Position numbers and translations under genes: made by a program. Of a stretch of DNA of 26,214 nt, positions 7,669 to 16,656 are shown piece by piece (within the stretch, counting starts at the first letter, position 1; each line of letters opens with the position of its first letter). The stretch is taken from NCBI GenBank assembly GCA_964351305.1, contig CAYGNO010000012.1, forward strand, positions 1 through 26,214. Direction: 5' to 3'. The DNA is from an uncultured Sulfuricella sp. (GTDB taxonomy: Bacteria; Pseudomonadota; Gammaproteobacteria; Burkholderiales; Sulfuricellaceae). A model generated the notes under the pieces. That model was not told the DNA's origin and did no database searches. It saw only the letters and a list, made by a program, of their open reading frames with translations.

Positions 7669-7964
7669 GCGGGTACAAGACATTACATAGCCGATTCGCC
7701 AAGATGGCGTTGCTTCGGGGGCTGTCTTTTATCAACAATCACCCCAAACTTCAGCGACATGTCTTGGCAATCATCCGGATACTTGGGCTGTACCCTCTTG
7801 CGCGCGCCGTCTATGCGAGGATGGCCCCTGCATCGAACCAAGCAGACAAGAGTAACACGCATGGCTTTATACCCACAGACATTGCGCACCTCCCTCCCCG
7901 CGCCCGCCAGATCTACGCCGATCTGAAGGCTGCTATCGAGCGCCGCCAGAAGGAGAATGGCTGA
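7665..7964 (+). CDS. Hypothetical small protein (99 aa)
   Basis: The ATG overlaps the upstream stop (ATGA) and the stop overlaps the ATG of the next gene (TGATG), so it appears translationally coupled on both sides. I recognise no domain. Confidence 0.45.
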   Translation: MSGYKTLHSRFAKMALLRGLSFINNHPKLQRHVLAIIRILGLYPLARAVYARMAPASNQADKSNTHGFIPTDIAHLPPRARQIYADLKAAIERRQKENG

Positions 7965-10486
7965 TGCGCATCGTTATCGATATGCAGGGCGCGCAAACCG
8001 AAAGCCGCTTTCGCGGCATTGGGCGCTATACCCTGTCTCTGGTCCAGGCCATCGTCCGCAACCGGGGCGAGCACGAAATCATCCTAGCCCTGAGCGACCT
8101 TCTCCCCGATACCATCGAGCCCATCCGCGCAGCCTTCGACGGGCTGTTATCGCAGGAAAACATCCGCGTCTGGTACGCCCCTGGCCCAGTGCGTGAATGC
8201 GAACCCGGTAACGACTGGTGCCGTGAAGTCGCCGAGCGCATCCGTGAGGCATTCCTCGCCAGCCTGCGGCCGGACGTGGTGCACATATCTAGCCTGTTCG
8301 AAGGCTACGTCGATGACGCAGTCACCAGTATTGGTGTGTTTGCCCCGCAGATTCCGACGGTTGTGACCCTCTACGACCTGATTCCGCTGTTAAATCCCGA
8401 AACCTATCTCAAGCCCAACTCGACTTATGCACTGTATTACCAACGTAAAGTCGAGTACCTAAAGCATGCGAACCAGTGGCTGGCTATTTCGGAATCGGCC
8501 GCAGGCGAAGGGCGTGGCGTATTGGCACTTCCGGCTGATGCAGTGGTTAATATCTCTACCGCCTGCGATGCAATATTTCGGCGCATGGAGATTTCAGAGG
8601 CAGAACGACAACAATTTCTGACACGATTCGGCATCACCCAGCCGTTTGTTCTTTATTCCGGTGGCGCTGATGCGCGCAAAAACCTGCAACGGTTGATTCG
8701 GGCCTACGCGCGCGCGCGCAAGCCGCTGCGCGATGCGCACCAACTGGTGCTGGCGGGCAAGATGCCCGAGGGCGAAATGGCCGAATTGCGGCAAACCGCC
8801 AAGTCGGCTGGCATCAGCGAACGCCAACTACTGTTTACAGGTTACGTTAGCGACGAAGAACTGGCGCAATTCTACAACCTATGCACGGTCTTCGTGCTCC
8901 CATCCTTGCACGAAGGTTTCGGACTGCCCGCTCTCGAGGCCATGTCCTGCGGCGCAGCGGTCATTGGCGCAAATGCCACCAGTGTGCCGGAGGTCATCGG
9001 TCGTCAGGATGCCCTTTTCGATCCTTATGATGAGACGGCCATTAGCCAGAAACTGGCCCAGGTGCTGGGTGATGCAGCATTCAGGACCGAGCTGGCCGCG
9101 CACGGCTTGCAACAAGCCAGAAAGTTTTCGTGGGATGAAAGCGCGCGGCGGGCGATTGCGGCATTTGAGAAGCTTCATTCAGCCAGGGCTAGCAACTTGA
9201 AGGTCGGTGAGCTCGACAACATTCTCCCTGATGTTGTCGATGCCATAGCCGCAGTAGCGCCATCCAACATATCCGATGCGGAAATGCTCAAGCTCGCTCA
9301 TGCGCTGAGCCTCATTTGCACCGACGATGCCCCCAAAAAACTATTGGTCGATATATCTGAGTTGGTGCAGCGCGATTCTAGATCAGGTGTTCAGCGCGTT
9401 ACACGTAGCATACTAAAAGAACTCTTGGAAAGTCCCCCAGAAGGCTATGTGGTGGAACCGGTGTGCGCTACGACAGATATCCCAGGATATCGCTACGCAC
9501 GTCGTTTCACTGCGCGTTTCTGTGGAGTGGACAACGATCTGCATGATGAACCGATCGACCATCGCCCCGGCGACCTCTTCCTGGGGTTGGACTTGCACCA
9601 TGACGTAGTCTTCGCTCAGAAAGATTATTTGGCAGCGCTGCGACGAGTTGGCGTAAAAGTTTTTTTTGTCGTCTACGATCTGCTTCCTGTTCTGATGCCA
9701 CACGCTTTCCAACCCTATATGAATATTGCCCACAAGGCATGGCTTGAAACACTGATGGACTTTGACGGTGCCATGTGCATTTCACATGCGGTGGCTGACG
9801 AACTTGCAGAGTGGCAGAGAGTTCACGGACCGCAGCGCATGCGCCCCTTCAAGATCGGCTGGTTTCACCTAGGGGCTGATGTCGAGAATTCTGTCCCCAC
9901 TCATGGCTTACCTGATAATGCCAACCACGTGATCGAGGAGTTCGCACATCGCCCGACATTTTTGATGGTCGGCACTCTCGAGCCACGCAAAGGTCAGGCT
10001 CAGGCACTGGACGCATTTGAACTGTCTTGGAAACAGGGCGTAGACGCCAACCTGGTTATCGTTGGCAAGCAGGGGTGGATGGTGGAGCAGTTGGCAGAAC
10101 GACTGCGCCAACATGCCGAACTGAATAAGCGCCTTTTCTGGCTGGAAGGCATCAGCGATGAATATCTAGAAAAGGTTTATGCAGCTTCAACCTGCCTGAT
10201 TGCTGCATCGGAAGGCGAAGGCTTTGGTTTGCCGCTCATTGAAGCCGCTCAGCACAAGCTCCCCATCATCGCGCGCGACATTCCGGTGTTCAGTGAAGTG
10301 GCTGGTGAGTACGCGTTTTATTTCAGCGGTAAAGAACCCAACGATCTGGCACTGGCGATCAGCGATTGGTTAAAGCACTACGCAACGGGCAAGCATCCTA
10401 CATCCGAGACCATGCCTTGGTTAACGTGGAAGGAAAGCGCCCGGCAATTGCTAACCTGTATCGGAATCGAACCAGATAAAGGTTAA
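7964..10486 (+). CDS. Two-domain GT4-family glycosyltransferase (WbdA-like polymerising mannosyl/rhamnosyl-transferase candidate)
   Basis: 840 aa with two E-x7-E GT-B modules: HEGFGLPALEAMSCGAAVIG and GEGFGLPLIEAAQHKLPIIA. AGGAGA lies 7 nt upstream of the ATG. Confidence 0.8.
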   Translation: MRIVIDMQGAQTESRFRGIGRYTLSLVQAIVRNRGEHEIILALSDLLPDTIEPIRAAFDGLLSQENIRVWYAPGPVRECEPGNDWCREVAERIREAFLASLRPDVVHISSLFEGYVDDAVTSIGVFAPQIPTVVTLYDLIPLLNPETYLKPNSTYALYYQRKVEYLKHANQWLAISESAAGEGRGVLALPADAVVNISTACDAIFRRMEISEAERQQFLTRFGITQPFVLYSGGADARKNLQRLIRAYARARKPLRDAHQLVLAGKMPEGEMAELRQTAKSAGISERQLLFTGYVSDEELAQFYNLCTVFVLPSLHEGFGLPALEAMSCGAAVIGANATSVPEVIGRQDALFDPYDETAISQKLAQVLGDAAFRTELAAHGLQQARKFSWDESARRAIAAFEKLHSARASNLKVGELDNILPDVVDAIAAVAPSNISDAEMLKLAHALSLICTDDAPKKLLVDISELVQRDSRSGVQRVTRSILKELLESPPEGYVVEPVCATTDIPGYRYARRFTARFCGVDNDLHDEPIDHRPGDLFLGLDLHHDVVFAQKDYLAALRRVGVKVFFVVYDLLPVLMPHAFQPYMNIAHKAWLETLMDFDGAMCISHAVADELAEWQRVHGPQRMRPFKIGWFHLGADVENSVPTHGLPDNANHVIEEFAHRPTFLMVGTLEPRKGQAQALDAFELSWKQGVDANLVIVGKQGWMVEQLAERLRQHAELNKRLFWLEGISDEYLEKVYAASTCLIAASEGEGFGLPLIEAAQHKLPIIARDIPVFSEVAGEYAFYFSGKEPNDLALAISDWLKHYATGKHPTSETMPWLTWKESARQLLTCIGIEPDKG

Positions 10487-10632
10487 GAGATTGCTTGTCC
10501 AATATTTATCAATAAAACTGAAATTCATGAATAAGATCATCTTAATCAAAGGTATCACCTGCCAGAACAGAGTCTATGCACATTAGGAGGCTATGGGTCT
10601 AATGCTGAAAAACCGTGATTGGGTGGCCCCTT

Positions 10633-11973
10633 ATGCGTATCTTTATTGACTGTACCTATACGTACACCAACTGCATGAACACCGGCATCGAGCGGGTGGT
10701 ACGGAATATCGCTAACCATTGCGCCGCCATCGGGCGCGCGCTGGAAATGACATGTCAGCCCGTCATTCTGGTGGATGGTCACTACACCCCTATCTCGGCC
10801 ATCGAACACGGTCGGGCGAAACAGCGTGAGTTCGTTCTGCGCTCCGCCGCCAACAAGGGGTATTCCCTCTTCGTCCGGAAACTCGCCGCCCTGTTGCCCC
10901 GCGTCTGCCAACGTTTCCTGACGGGCGCCAAACACGAACCCAGTCTGGCACGACTCATCGTCTTTCTGCTGTCACCCTTGGCCTGGGTTTGGCGCATGGC
11001 CTGTCGGATATCCGCTCATCCTCCGACCGCCCTGCCCAAGGTGCAGTTCAGGGAAGGGGACATCCTTCTGCTTGCCGATTGCGTTTGGAACTATTCCCCC
11101 TGGTCGGAGGTGCGCAGGGCCAGAGCCGCCGGCGCTCGGGTGGCAGCCGTTGTCTATGACATCATCCCCGTCACCCACGGCCAGTTCTTCGCTCCCTCCA
11201 GCCGGGAGTGCTTTGCGACGGCACTTCCTCTGTTGTTCGAACACGCCGACACCTTCCTTTGTATCTCGGCCTACACCGAGGCTCAACTGCGTGCCTTCTA
11301 TGAGACTCAACCCTATTCTCGGACGCTGGGACCAAAAAAGTTCGGCACCTTCACCCTGGGCGTAGAACTTGACACTCTCGACCCCCGGGTGCGCATCCGG
11401 ACGAAAATCCTCTCTGTGTTCAGCCCAGATCGGCCTGTTTATCTGGTGGTCGGTACCCTGGAGCCGCGCAAAAACCACGCCTACCTGCTGCAGGTGTTCC
11501 AGGTACTGTGGGACGAGGGAAGCCCGGCAGTGCTCTTGATCGTAGGGCGGGTGGGGTGGATGTGCGAGGAAGTGCTGGAAGCAATCCGGTGTAATTCCAG
11601 GGTGGGGCAGCAACTCTTTCTTATGGATGACGTCAGCGATACCGAGCTGGACTACTGCTACACCCACGCGCGAGCCTTACTATTCCCGGCTATCGTCGAG
11701 GGCTTCGGGCTGCCGATCATCGAGGCCCTGAATAAGGGGTTGCCGGTATTCGCGAGCGACATCCCCGTTTTCTACGAGGTTGGCGGCGCACACGTGGCCT
11801 ATTTTGACCAGACGGCCCCGGCTTCCCTCGTAAGCCTTCTGCAGGCGTACGAAGCGACGGGTACCTATCCCGCCTGCCTGCCGGTAGGGTTCACGTGGCC
11901 GGACTGGTCACAGAGCACGACGGAGCTACTGACCAGGCTGGCGGCTCTGAGTTCGCCCGAAGACATTGCGTAA
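10633..11973 (+). CDS. GT4-family glycosyltransferase
   Basis: VEGFGLPIIEALNKGLPVFASD is present. It is paralogous to the C-terminal half of the 840-aa protein (VGTLEPRKN vs VGTLEPRKG). The start is ambiguous between GTG 10615 and ATG 10633. I chose ATG 10633 because MRIFID mirrors the MRIVID of the neighbouring gene. Confidence 0.75.
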   Translation: MRIFIDCTYTYTNCMNTGIERVVRNIANHCAAIGRALEMTCQPVILVDGHYTPISAIEHGRAKQREFVLRSAANKGYSLFVRKLAALLPRVCQRFLTGAKHEPSLARLIVFLLSPLAWVWRMACRISAHPPTALPKVQFREGDILLLADCVWNYSPWSEVRRARAAGARVAAVVYDIIPVTHGQFFAPSSRECFATALPLLFEHADTFLCISAYTEAQLRAFYETQPYSRTLGPKKFGTFTLGVELDTLDPRVRIRTKILSVFSPDRPVYLVVGTLEPRKNHAYLLQVFQVLWDEGSPAVLLIVGRVGWMCEEVLEAIRCNSRVGQQLFLMDDVSDTELDYCYTHARALLFPAIVEGFGLPIIEALNKGLPVFASDIPVFYEVGGAHVAYFDQTAPASLVSLLQAYEATGTYPACLPVGFTWPDWSQSTTELLTRLAALSSPEDIA

Positions 11974-12002
11974 TGCCAATTTGAGAGAGCAAGAGTGAAT
12001 AA

Positions 12003-12995
12003 TTAAGTCGTGATATTTTTAGTGGCGGGGGATGTGTCCTGCATCATTTTTGTAACCACATCCTTCATATGCACACTGGCACACCAGCCCAGTTGGCGAG
12101 CAGCTTTTTCCGGATTTCCCTGGCTCCAGGCAATGTCAGTTGGGCGAAATAGCGTTGAATCCGAGTCCACGTGGTCTCGCCAGTCCAAGCCCACCGTTGC
12201 AAAGGTCTCCGCAGCAAAAGCCTGAAGCGAATTGGCTTCTCCGGTGGCGATGATGTAATCGTCAGGTTCATCTTCCTGCATCATGCGCCACATTGCATCC
12301 ACATACTCTGGCGCCCAACCCCAGTCACGGACAATATCCAACCGACCGAGCGTTAATCTTTCTAATGACCCATTGGCTATGCGGCGAGCGGCGTGAACAA
12401 TCTTCTGCGTAACGAAGCGCGCTGGACGTAATGGCGACTCGTGATTAAATAAAATGCCGTTGCACGCAAATAGGCCATAAGCTTCACGGTAATTGGCAAC
12501 AAGCCAGTGAGCCGAAGCTTTTGCGACCGCATAGGGGCTGCGTGGGCGAAAGGGTGCGTCCTCCGTTGCCGCTTGCTGGCCGAGATCACCGAAGCATTCG
12601 CTTGAACTGGCGTGATAAAGCTTGATTGGCTTACCCAAAAAGCGCAGAGCTTCAAGCAGGTTCAATGCACCCAGACTGATACTTTCTAGTGTTTCAGCCG
12701 GTTGCTCGAAAGATAGTCCCACCGAACTTTGAGCGGCCAAGAAGAAAACCTCATCAGGGTCACTTCGTGTCAGTGCGGATAGAACGCTTCGAAAATCTGT
12801 CGGCGCCATCGACAATAAATTCACCTGTTCCCTTACTCCGAGCGCACGTAAGTTGCTGAATGTGGACATTTGTGCGTCACGAGACGTTCCCCATACTTGA
12901 TAGCCCTTCTCCAGCAGAAGTTGGGTTAAGTACGCACCATCTTGCCCTCCGATACCACATATCAAGGCTTTTCTTGGATTGGCTGTGGCACTCAT
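12003..12995 (-). CDS. gmd: GDP-mannose 4,6-dehydratase
   Basis: GIGGQDGAYLTQLLLEKGYQVWG and SPYAVAKASAHWLVANYREAYGLFACNGILFNHESPLR are present. The start is set at MSATANPRK (ATG 12995) with GGAGA 7 nt upstream. Confidence 0.9.
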   Translation of the reverse strand: MSATANPRKALICGIGGQDGAYLTQLLLEKGYQVWGTSRDAQMSTFSNLRALGVREQVNLLSMAPTDFRSVLSALTRSDPDEVFFLAAQSSVGLSFEQPAETLESISLGALNLLEALRFLGKPIKLYHASSSECFGDLGQQAATEDAPFRPRSPYAVAKASAHWLVANYREAYGLFACNGILFNHESPLRPARFVTQKIVHAARRIANGSLERLTLGRLDIVRDWGWAPEYVDAMWRMMQEDEPDDYIIATGEANSLQAFAAETFATVGLDWRDHVDSDSTLFRPTDIAWSQGNPEKAARQLGWCASVHMKDVVTKMMQDTSPATKNITT

Positions 12996-13089
12996 AAAGT
13001 GTTCTCCATCACGTTTAAATAAGTTTCGCCTGGAAGTTATTCTCCGTGCGCTCAGCAAAGTCCCGAAACTTCTGCCGGAACTGCATTCT

Positions 13090-14400
13090 TCAGGGGAAAA
13101 TATCCTCCTCCAGCACCCTGCGGGCCGTTGTAGCGGAGAAGTGCTCCGCTACATATGCTCCCATCCTGGAGCTCCGGGCCGACCAGATATCCTCGTCACA
13201 ATACAGCTGGATCACAGCGGCAGCGAAATCATGGGGGAGGTCGCTGACTTCCAGCACCGCTTCGGGCTCAGGCATCCCCTCGGCCCCAATGGTCGTCGTC
13301 ACCAGTGGAACACGCTGGAACACAGCCTCCACGACTTTTCCCTTGATGCCCGCGCCGTAACGCAACGGTGCCACGACCACGCGGGACCGGTCATAGAGTG
13401 CCTGCAACTCCGCATCGGATACTGCCCCGGCCAGAATGATTCCAGGCTTTTCCCGCAATGCTTCCGGGGGATTGGCCCCCACCACTCGCAGGGTCACTTC
13501 CCCAAGTTGCTCCCGCACCGCCGGATAGATGTCGTTGATGAACCAGAGGATCCCGTCGACATTGGGCTGGTGGGCAAACCCGCCCACGAACAATAGCCCT
13601 TCGCGCTTCTCGTGCGCGAGCCCTTCCCCAGTCTTGCCCTGGAAGATGAACAGGGGAACCGTCCGCACTCGGGCTCCCGGCACTTGCTGCGCCATCATGT
13701 CGGTTTCGGCGCGGGAATAGAAATAGGCCGCGTGGGCCATGCCGACGAGGCGATTTTCGATGGCTTGCCAATAGCGTGCCTCAGCAAGGTGGAAGGGGTC
13801 ACGCTCCACGTCGTGGCGGCGCTGGTTGCGCAACCAGCGCAGATCAACGCCAAAATAGAGAATGCGGGCATCCGTCGCTTTCCGCAGGAAATCGATATAC
13901 GCCACTGCCACGTTGGGCCTGTGGATGAGGACATAATCCAGTGTGGCGGCGCGTGCTCTGATCCAGCCCCGCCAGCGCCCGCACACCAGCGCCCCGCCGG
14001 ACACCACTTCCACGCCCATGCCCTCCAGCAGAGTGGCATAGGGTTCGCGGCGCAGAAAATCGTGTCCCCAGACTGTGACCCGGAATCCCATCTCCCGCAG
14101 AAGCTGGATGTACTGCCATGTCGCACGGGAACCGGCATCGCGGTCGAAACGGGGCAGGCTGCGGTCAATGACTAGTATACCCTTGCGTCGCACACCATCG
14201 GACTGTGCGGTAATTCGTCCGTCCACTGTGGGGGCCATGACGGCATCTGGCGGGAACATCTCGTCCTGAAGCGATCTCCACCCCCCGTGACGCAGGCTAT
14301 GCCACAGCACCCGGACATGGTGGAGAGTCAACTCCCGAAGGGCCACGCAGAGGCGCAGGAAACCATAGCCCAGCAGAGCGGTATAGCGATGGGCACTCAT
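13090..14400 (-). CDS. Glycosyltransferase (GT-B, Glycos_transf_1-like C-terminal domain)
   Basis: 436 aa with LLFVGGFAHQPNVDG ... VVAPLRYGAGIKGKVVEAVFQRVPLVTTTIGAEG. The start overlaps the stop of the upstream GT2 gene by 4 nt. Confidence 0.7.
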   Translation of the reverse strand: MSAHRYTALLGYGFLRLCVALRELTLHHVRVLWHSLRHGGWRSLQDEMFPPDAVMAPTVDGRITAQSDGVRRKGILVIDRSLPRFDRDAGSRATWQYIQLLREMGFRVTVWGHDFLRREPYATLLEGMGVEVVSGGALVCGRWRGWIRARAATLDYVLIHRPNVAVAYIDFLRKATDARILYFGVDLRWLRNQRRHDVERDPFHLAEARYWQAIENRLVGMAHAAYFYSRAETDMMAQQVPGARVRTVPLFIFQGKTGEGLAHEKREGLLFVGGFAHQPNVDGILWFINDIYPAVREQLGEVTLRVVGANPPEALREKPGIILAGAVSDAELQALYDRSRVVVAPLRYGAGIKGKVVEAVFQRVPLVTTTIGAEGMPEPEAVLEVSDLPHDFAAAVIQLYCDEDIWSARSSRMGAYVAEHFSATTARRVLEEDIFP

Positions 14401-15434
14401 GGTTTGACGTCCGGAAGCCCATGCCGAAGAAGCATCTCAAGCTTGTACGGCAGGAAGCGGAATACCCTCAGGAAGGCCGGAAGGCCGAGTGCCGCTCCGG
14501 TCCGCACCGCCTTCCGCAGGCTGATTAACTGGTGCCGGTAGTCCCAAAGCGCCCGGAAGCAGGCCAGGTAGATATCCTGAAACAAAGCCCCCTCCCGCTT
14601 GATCAGTGCCAGGGCCGCGCCTTCCAGTACAAGCAGGGTAAGGTGCAGGGGGAAGATCAGTTGGAACAGCGGGGCCGGGTAGGTCAACACCATCACGTAG
14701 CTCTTGTTGCGTTCTGACAGCGCGCGCCGCCGGACGGTGGAAGAAAGGCGGTTGTCCACCACCCGGTTGCCGCCGAAACTCCTCCCCTGCCAATGCCTGT
14801 AGCCGGAAATCGCCAGCGCCCGGACGGCGTAGCCTGCCAGCCGCGCACGGCAACACAGGTACATGTCTTCGGCAATGGAACCGAACCATTCCGGGAAGCC
14901 CCCCAACTCATCCCATAGCCCTTTCGGAATCCAAAGGCAGGCGCCGATCACCATTCCAACTTCGCCTCGCAGCGGGTTCAGATTGGGGACGGGGTTCAAG
15001 AATGGGTCAAACAGGCTGCCGATGTCTACCAGGTCTCCGCTGGCGGCATCATACTGGGGAAGGCCGAGGATGGCGGGCTGGTTGAGCCGATTTGCCTCGG
15101 ACAGCAGGGTTTGCAGGGCGTCCGGGTAAAGTGCAGCGTCGTTGTTGAGCAGCAGCAAGTACTTGCCACTGGCCGCAGTGGTCATGCGGTTGTTGGCGAC
15201 ACAAAATCCGACATTCTCCTGGCTTTCGATCAGCTTTACATCGGGATAATGGTTGCGGACATAGGCCGCTGAACCATCGTTGGAGGCATCGTCATGGACC
15301 AGGATTTCCACCGGGATATGGCCTTCCTGTTTCAGCACCGAGCGCAGGCAGTCGTCGATGACCTCCATGCCGTTGTAGTTGGCGATGCACACGGAAACGA
15401 GCGGCATCTGGCCACTGTCGCAGTGGCGCATCAT
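14397..15434 (-). CDS. GT2-family glycosyltransferase
   Basis: VSVCIANYNGMEVIDDCLRSV, HDDASNDGS and LLLLNNDAAL indicate a GT-A fold. The start overlaps the stop of the upstream ATPase gene. Confidence 0.8.
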   Translation of the reverse strand: MMRHCDSGQMPLVSVCIANYNGMEVIDDCLRSVLKQEGHIPVEILVHDDASNDGSAAYVRNHYPDVKLIESQENVGFCVANNRMTTAASGKYLLLLNNDAALYPDALQTLLSEANRLNQPAILGLPQYDAASGDLVDIGSLFDPFLNPVPNLNPLRGEVGMVIGACLWIPKGLWDELGGFPEWFGSIAEDMYLCCRARLAGYAVRALAISGYRHWQGRSFGGNRVVDNRLSSTVRRRALSERNKSYVMVLTYPAPLFQLIFPLHLTLLVLEGAALALIKREGALFQDIYLACFRALWDYRHQLISLRKAVRTGAALGLPAFLRVFRFLPYKLEMLLRHGLPDVKP

Positions 15435-16591
15435 GCGGTGATATCCGCACTGTAAAGCGCATTCAGGGGTACTGCGCTAATCCCTTGTGCCAGCGGCCAG
15501 GCTTCGCCCTCGCCATGGCACACCACATAAAGATGATCCAGCCCCAAAGCCTCCTGCGCTGAACGCATGGATGGAGTCACTTTGGGTGAACGGGTCAGCT
15601 TGACTTCAAACCCCAGGCGGCGGCCATTGCGCATGATTATCAAATCGAGCTCCGCGCCCGAGTGGAGTGCCCAGAAATAGACTTCATCACGCTTGGCGCT
15701 GGTATGGCGGATGATTTCATGCAGCACGAAACCCTCCCATGATGCGCCACATTTTGGATGCGCCAACAAATCATGCTCCCCGGCAATACCCAGCAGACTG
15801 TGCAGAATGCCGGTGTCCGCCAGATAGATCTTGGGCGCCTTGATTTCCCGTTTTCCCTGATTGGTGTGCCATGGGCGCAACCTCCAAGTCATGAATGTGC
15901 CCTCGAGAATATCCAGATAGCGCGAAACGGTCTTGTCGCTTACCCCCAAGGAGCGGGCAAGTTCGCTTCCGTTCCAGGTTTGGCCATGATAATGACCAAG
16001 CATGGTCCAGAAACGGCGTAAAGTCAGGGCTGGAAGATTGATTCCCAGTTGAGGCAAATCACGTTCCAGGTAAGTTCGAATAAAGGCTTCACGCCATGCC
16101 CGGCTGGCATCGATATCGTCGGCCAGAAACGCGCGCGGAAAGCCCCCGCGCAACCAGCGCATATCCAATTGATCCGGCGCCAGTTCGTCCAGGCCAAGGC
16201 CGTCAAGTTCGTGAAAAGTTACCCGGCCGGCCAGGCTCTCCGCAGTGTTACGCAGCAGTTCCGGGGCTGCGCTACCCAGAATGAGAAAGCGTGCGGGTGT
16301 TTCCGCTCTATCGGCCAGCACGCGGAGCAAAGGAAAAAGATCAGGCCGAATTTGAATCTCATCAAGCACTACCAGTCCCGTTAACGGGCGAAGCACAAAA
16401 GAGGGGTCGCTCAATCGAGCCTGGTCGTCAGGGTCTTCCAGATCGAAATGATGGGTTGGCCCGTCCCATTCCTCGGCCAATTGTCGCGCCAGAGTGGTTT
16501 TGCCTACTTGACGCGGGCCAAGCAATGCCAATACAGGAAATTGGCGAAGGCCGAGAGCTATTTGCTCGAGATGGTGTTGACGATGGATCAT
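15431..16591 (-). CDS. AAA+ ATPase of the AAA_14 + DUF4143 type (COG1373-like), with a C-terminal nuclease-like segment
   Basis: Walker A GPRQVGKTT and Walker B LVVLDEIQ are present. The central part is wHTH-like (ELARSLGVSDKTVSRYLDIL). The C-terminus ELDLII...GFEVK resembles a PD-(D/E)XK core. Confidence 0.75.
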   Translation of the reverse strand: MIHRQHHLEQIALGLRQFPVLALLGPRQVGKTTLARQLAEEWDGPTHHFDLEDPDDQARLSDPSFVLRPLTGLVVLDEIQIRPDLFPLLRVLADRAETPARFLILGSAAPELLRNTAESLAGRVTFHELDGLGLDELAPDQLDMRWLRGGFPRAFLADDIDASRAWREAFIRTYLERDLPQLGINLPALTLRRFWTMLGHYHGQTWNGSELARSLGVSDKTVSRYLDILEGTFMTWRLRPWHTNQGKREIKAPKIYLADTGILHSLLGIAGEHDLLAHPKCGASWEGFVLHEIIRHTSAKRDEVYFWALHSGAELDLIIMRNGRRLGFEVKLTRSPKVTPSMRSAQEALGLDHLYVVCHGEGEAWPLAQGISAVPLNALYSADITA

Positions 16592-16656
16592 TGAAAAATA
16601 TTACCACGAAATATCGGAGTTAGTATCCGAAAATTCAATGAATACATTCTGTCCGC

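Noticed and set aside
16601-16610. A single TTACCACGAA just upstream of the DUF4143 ATPase gene, identical to the outer 10 nt of IR-L. A single ATTCGTGCA at 2494-2502, at the left edge of the relBE cassette, matches the start of IR-R.
   Set aside because: These are isolated single units with no phased array and no inverted partner. Matches of 9-10 nt are within chance expectation for about 52 kb of two-strand sequence. They are worth a glance only if a genome-wide search shows the heptamers marking insertion sites.
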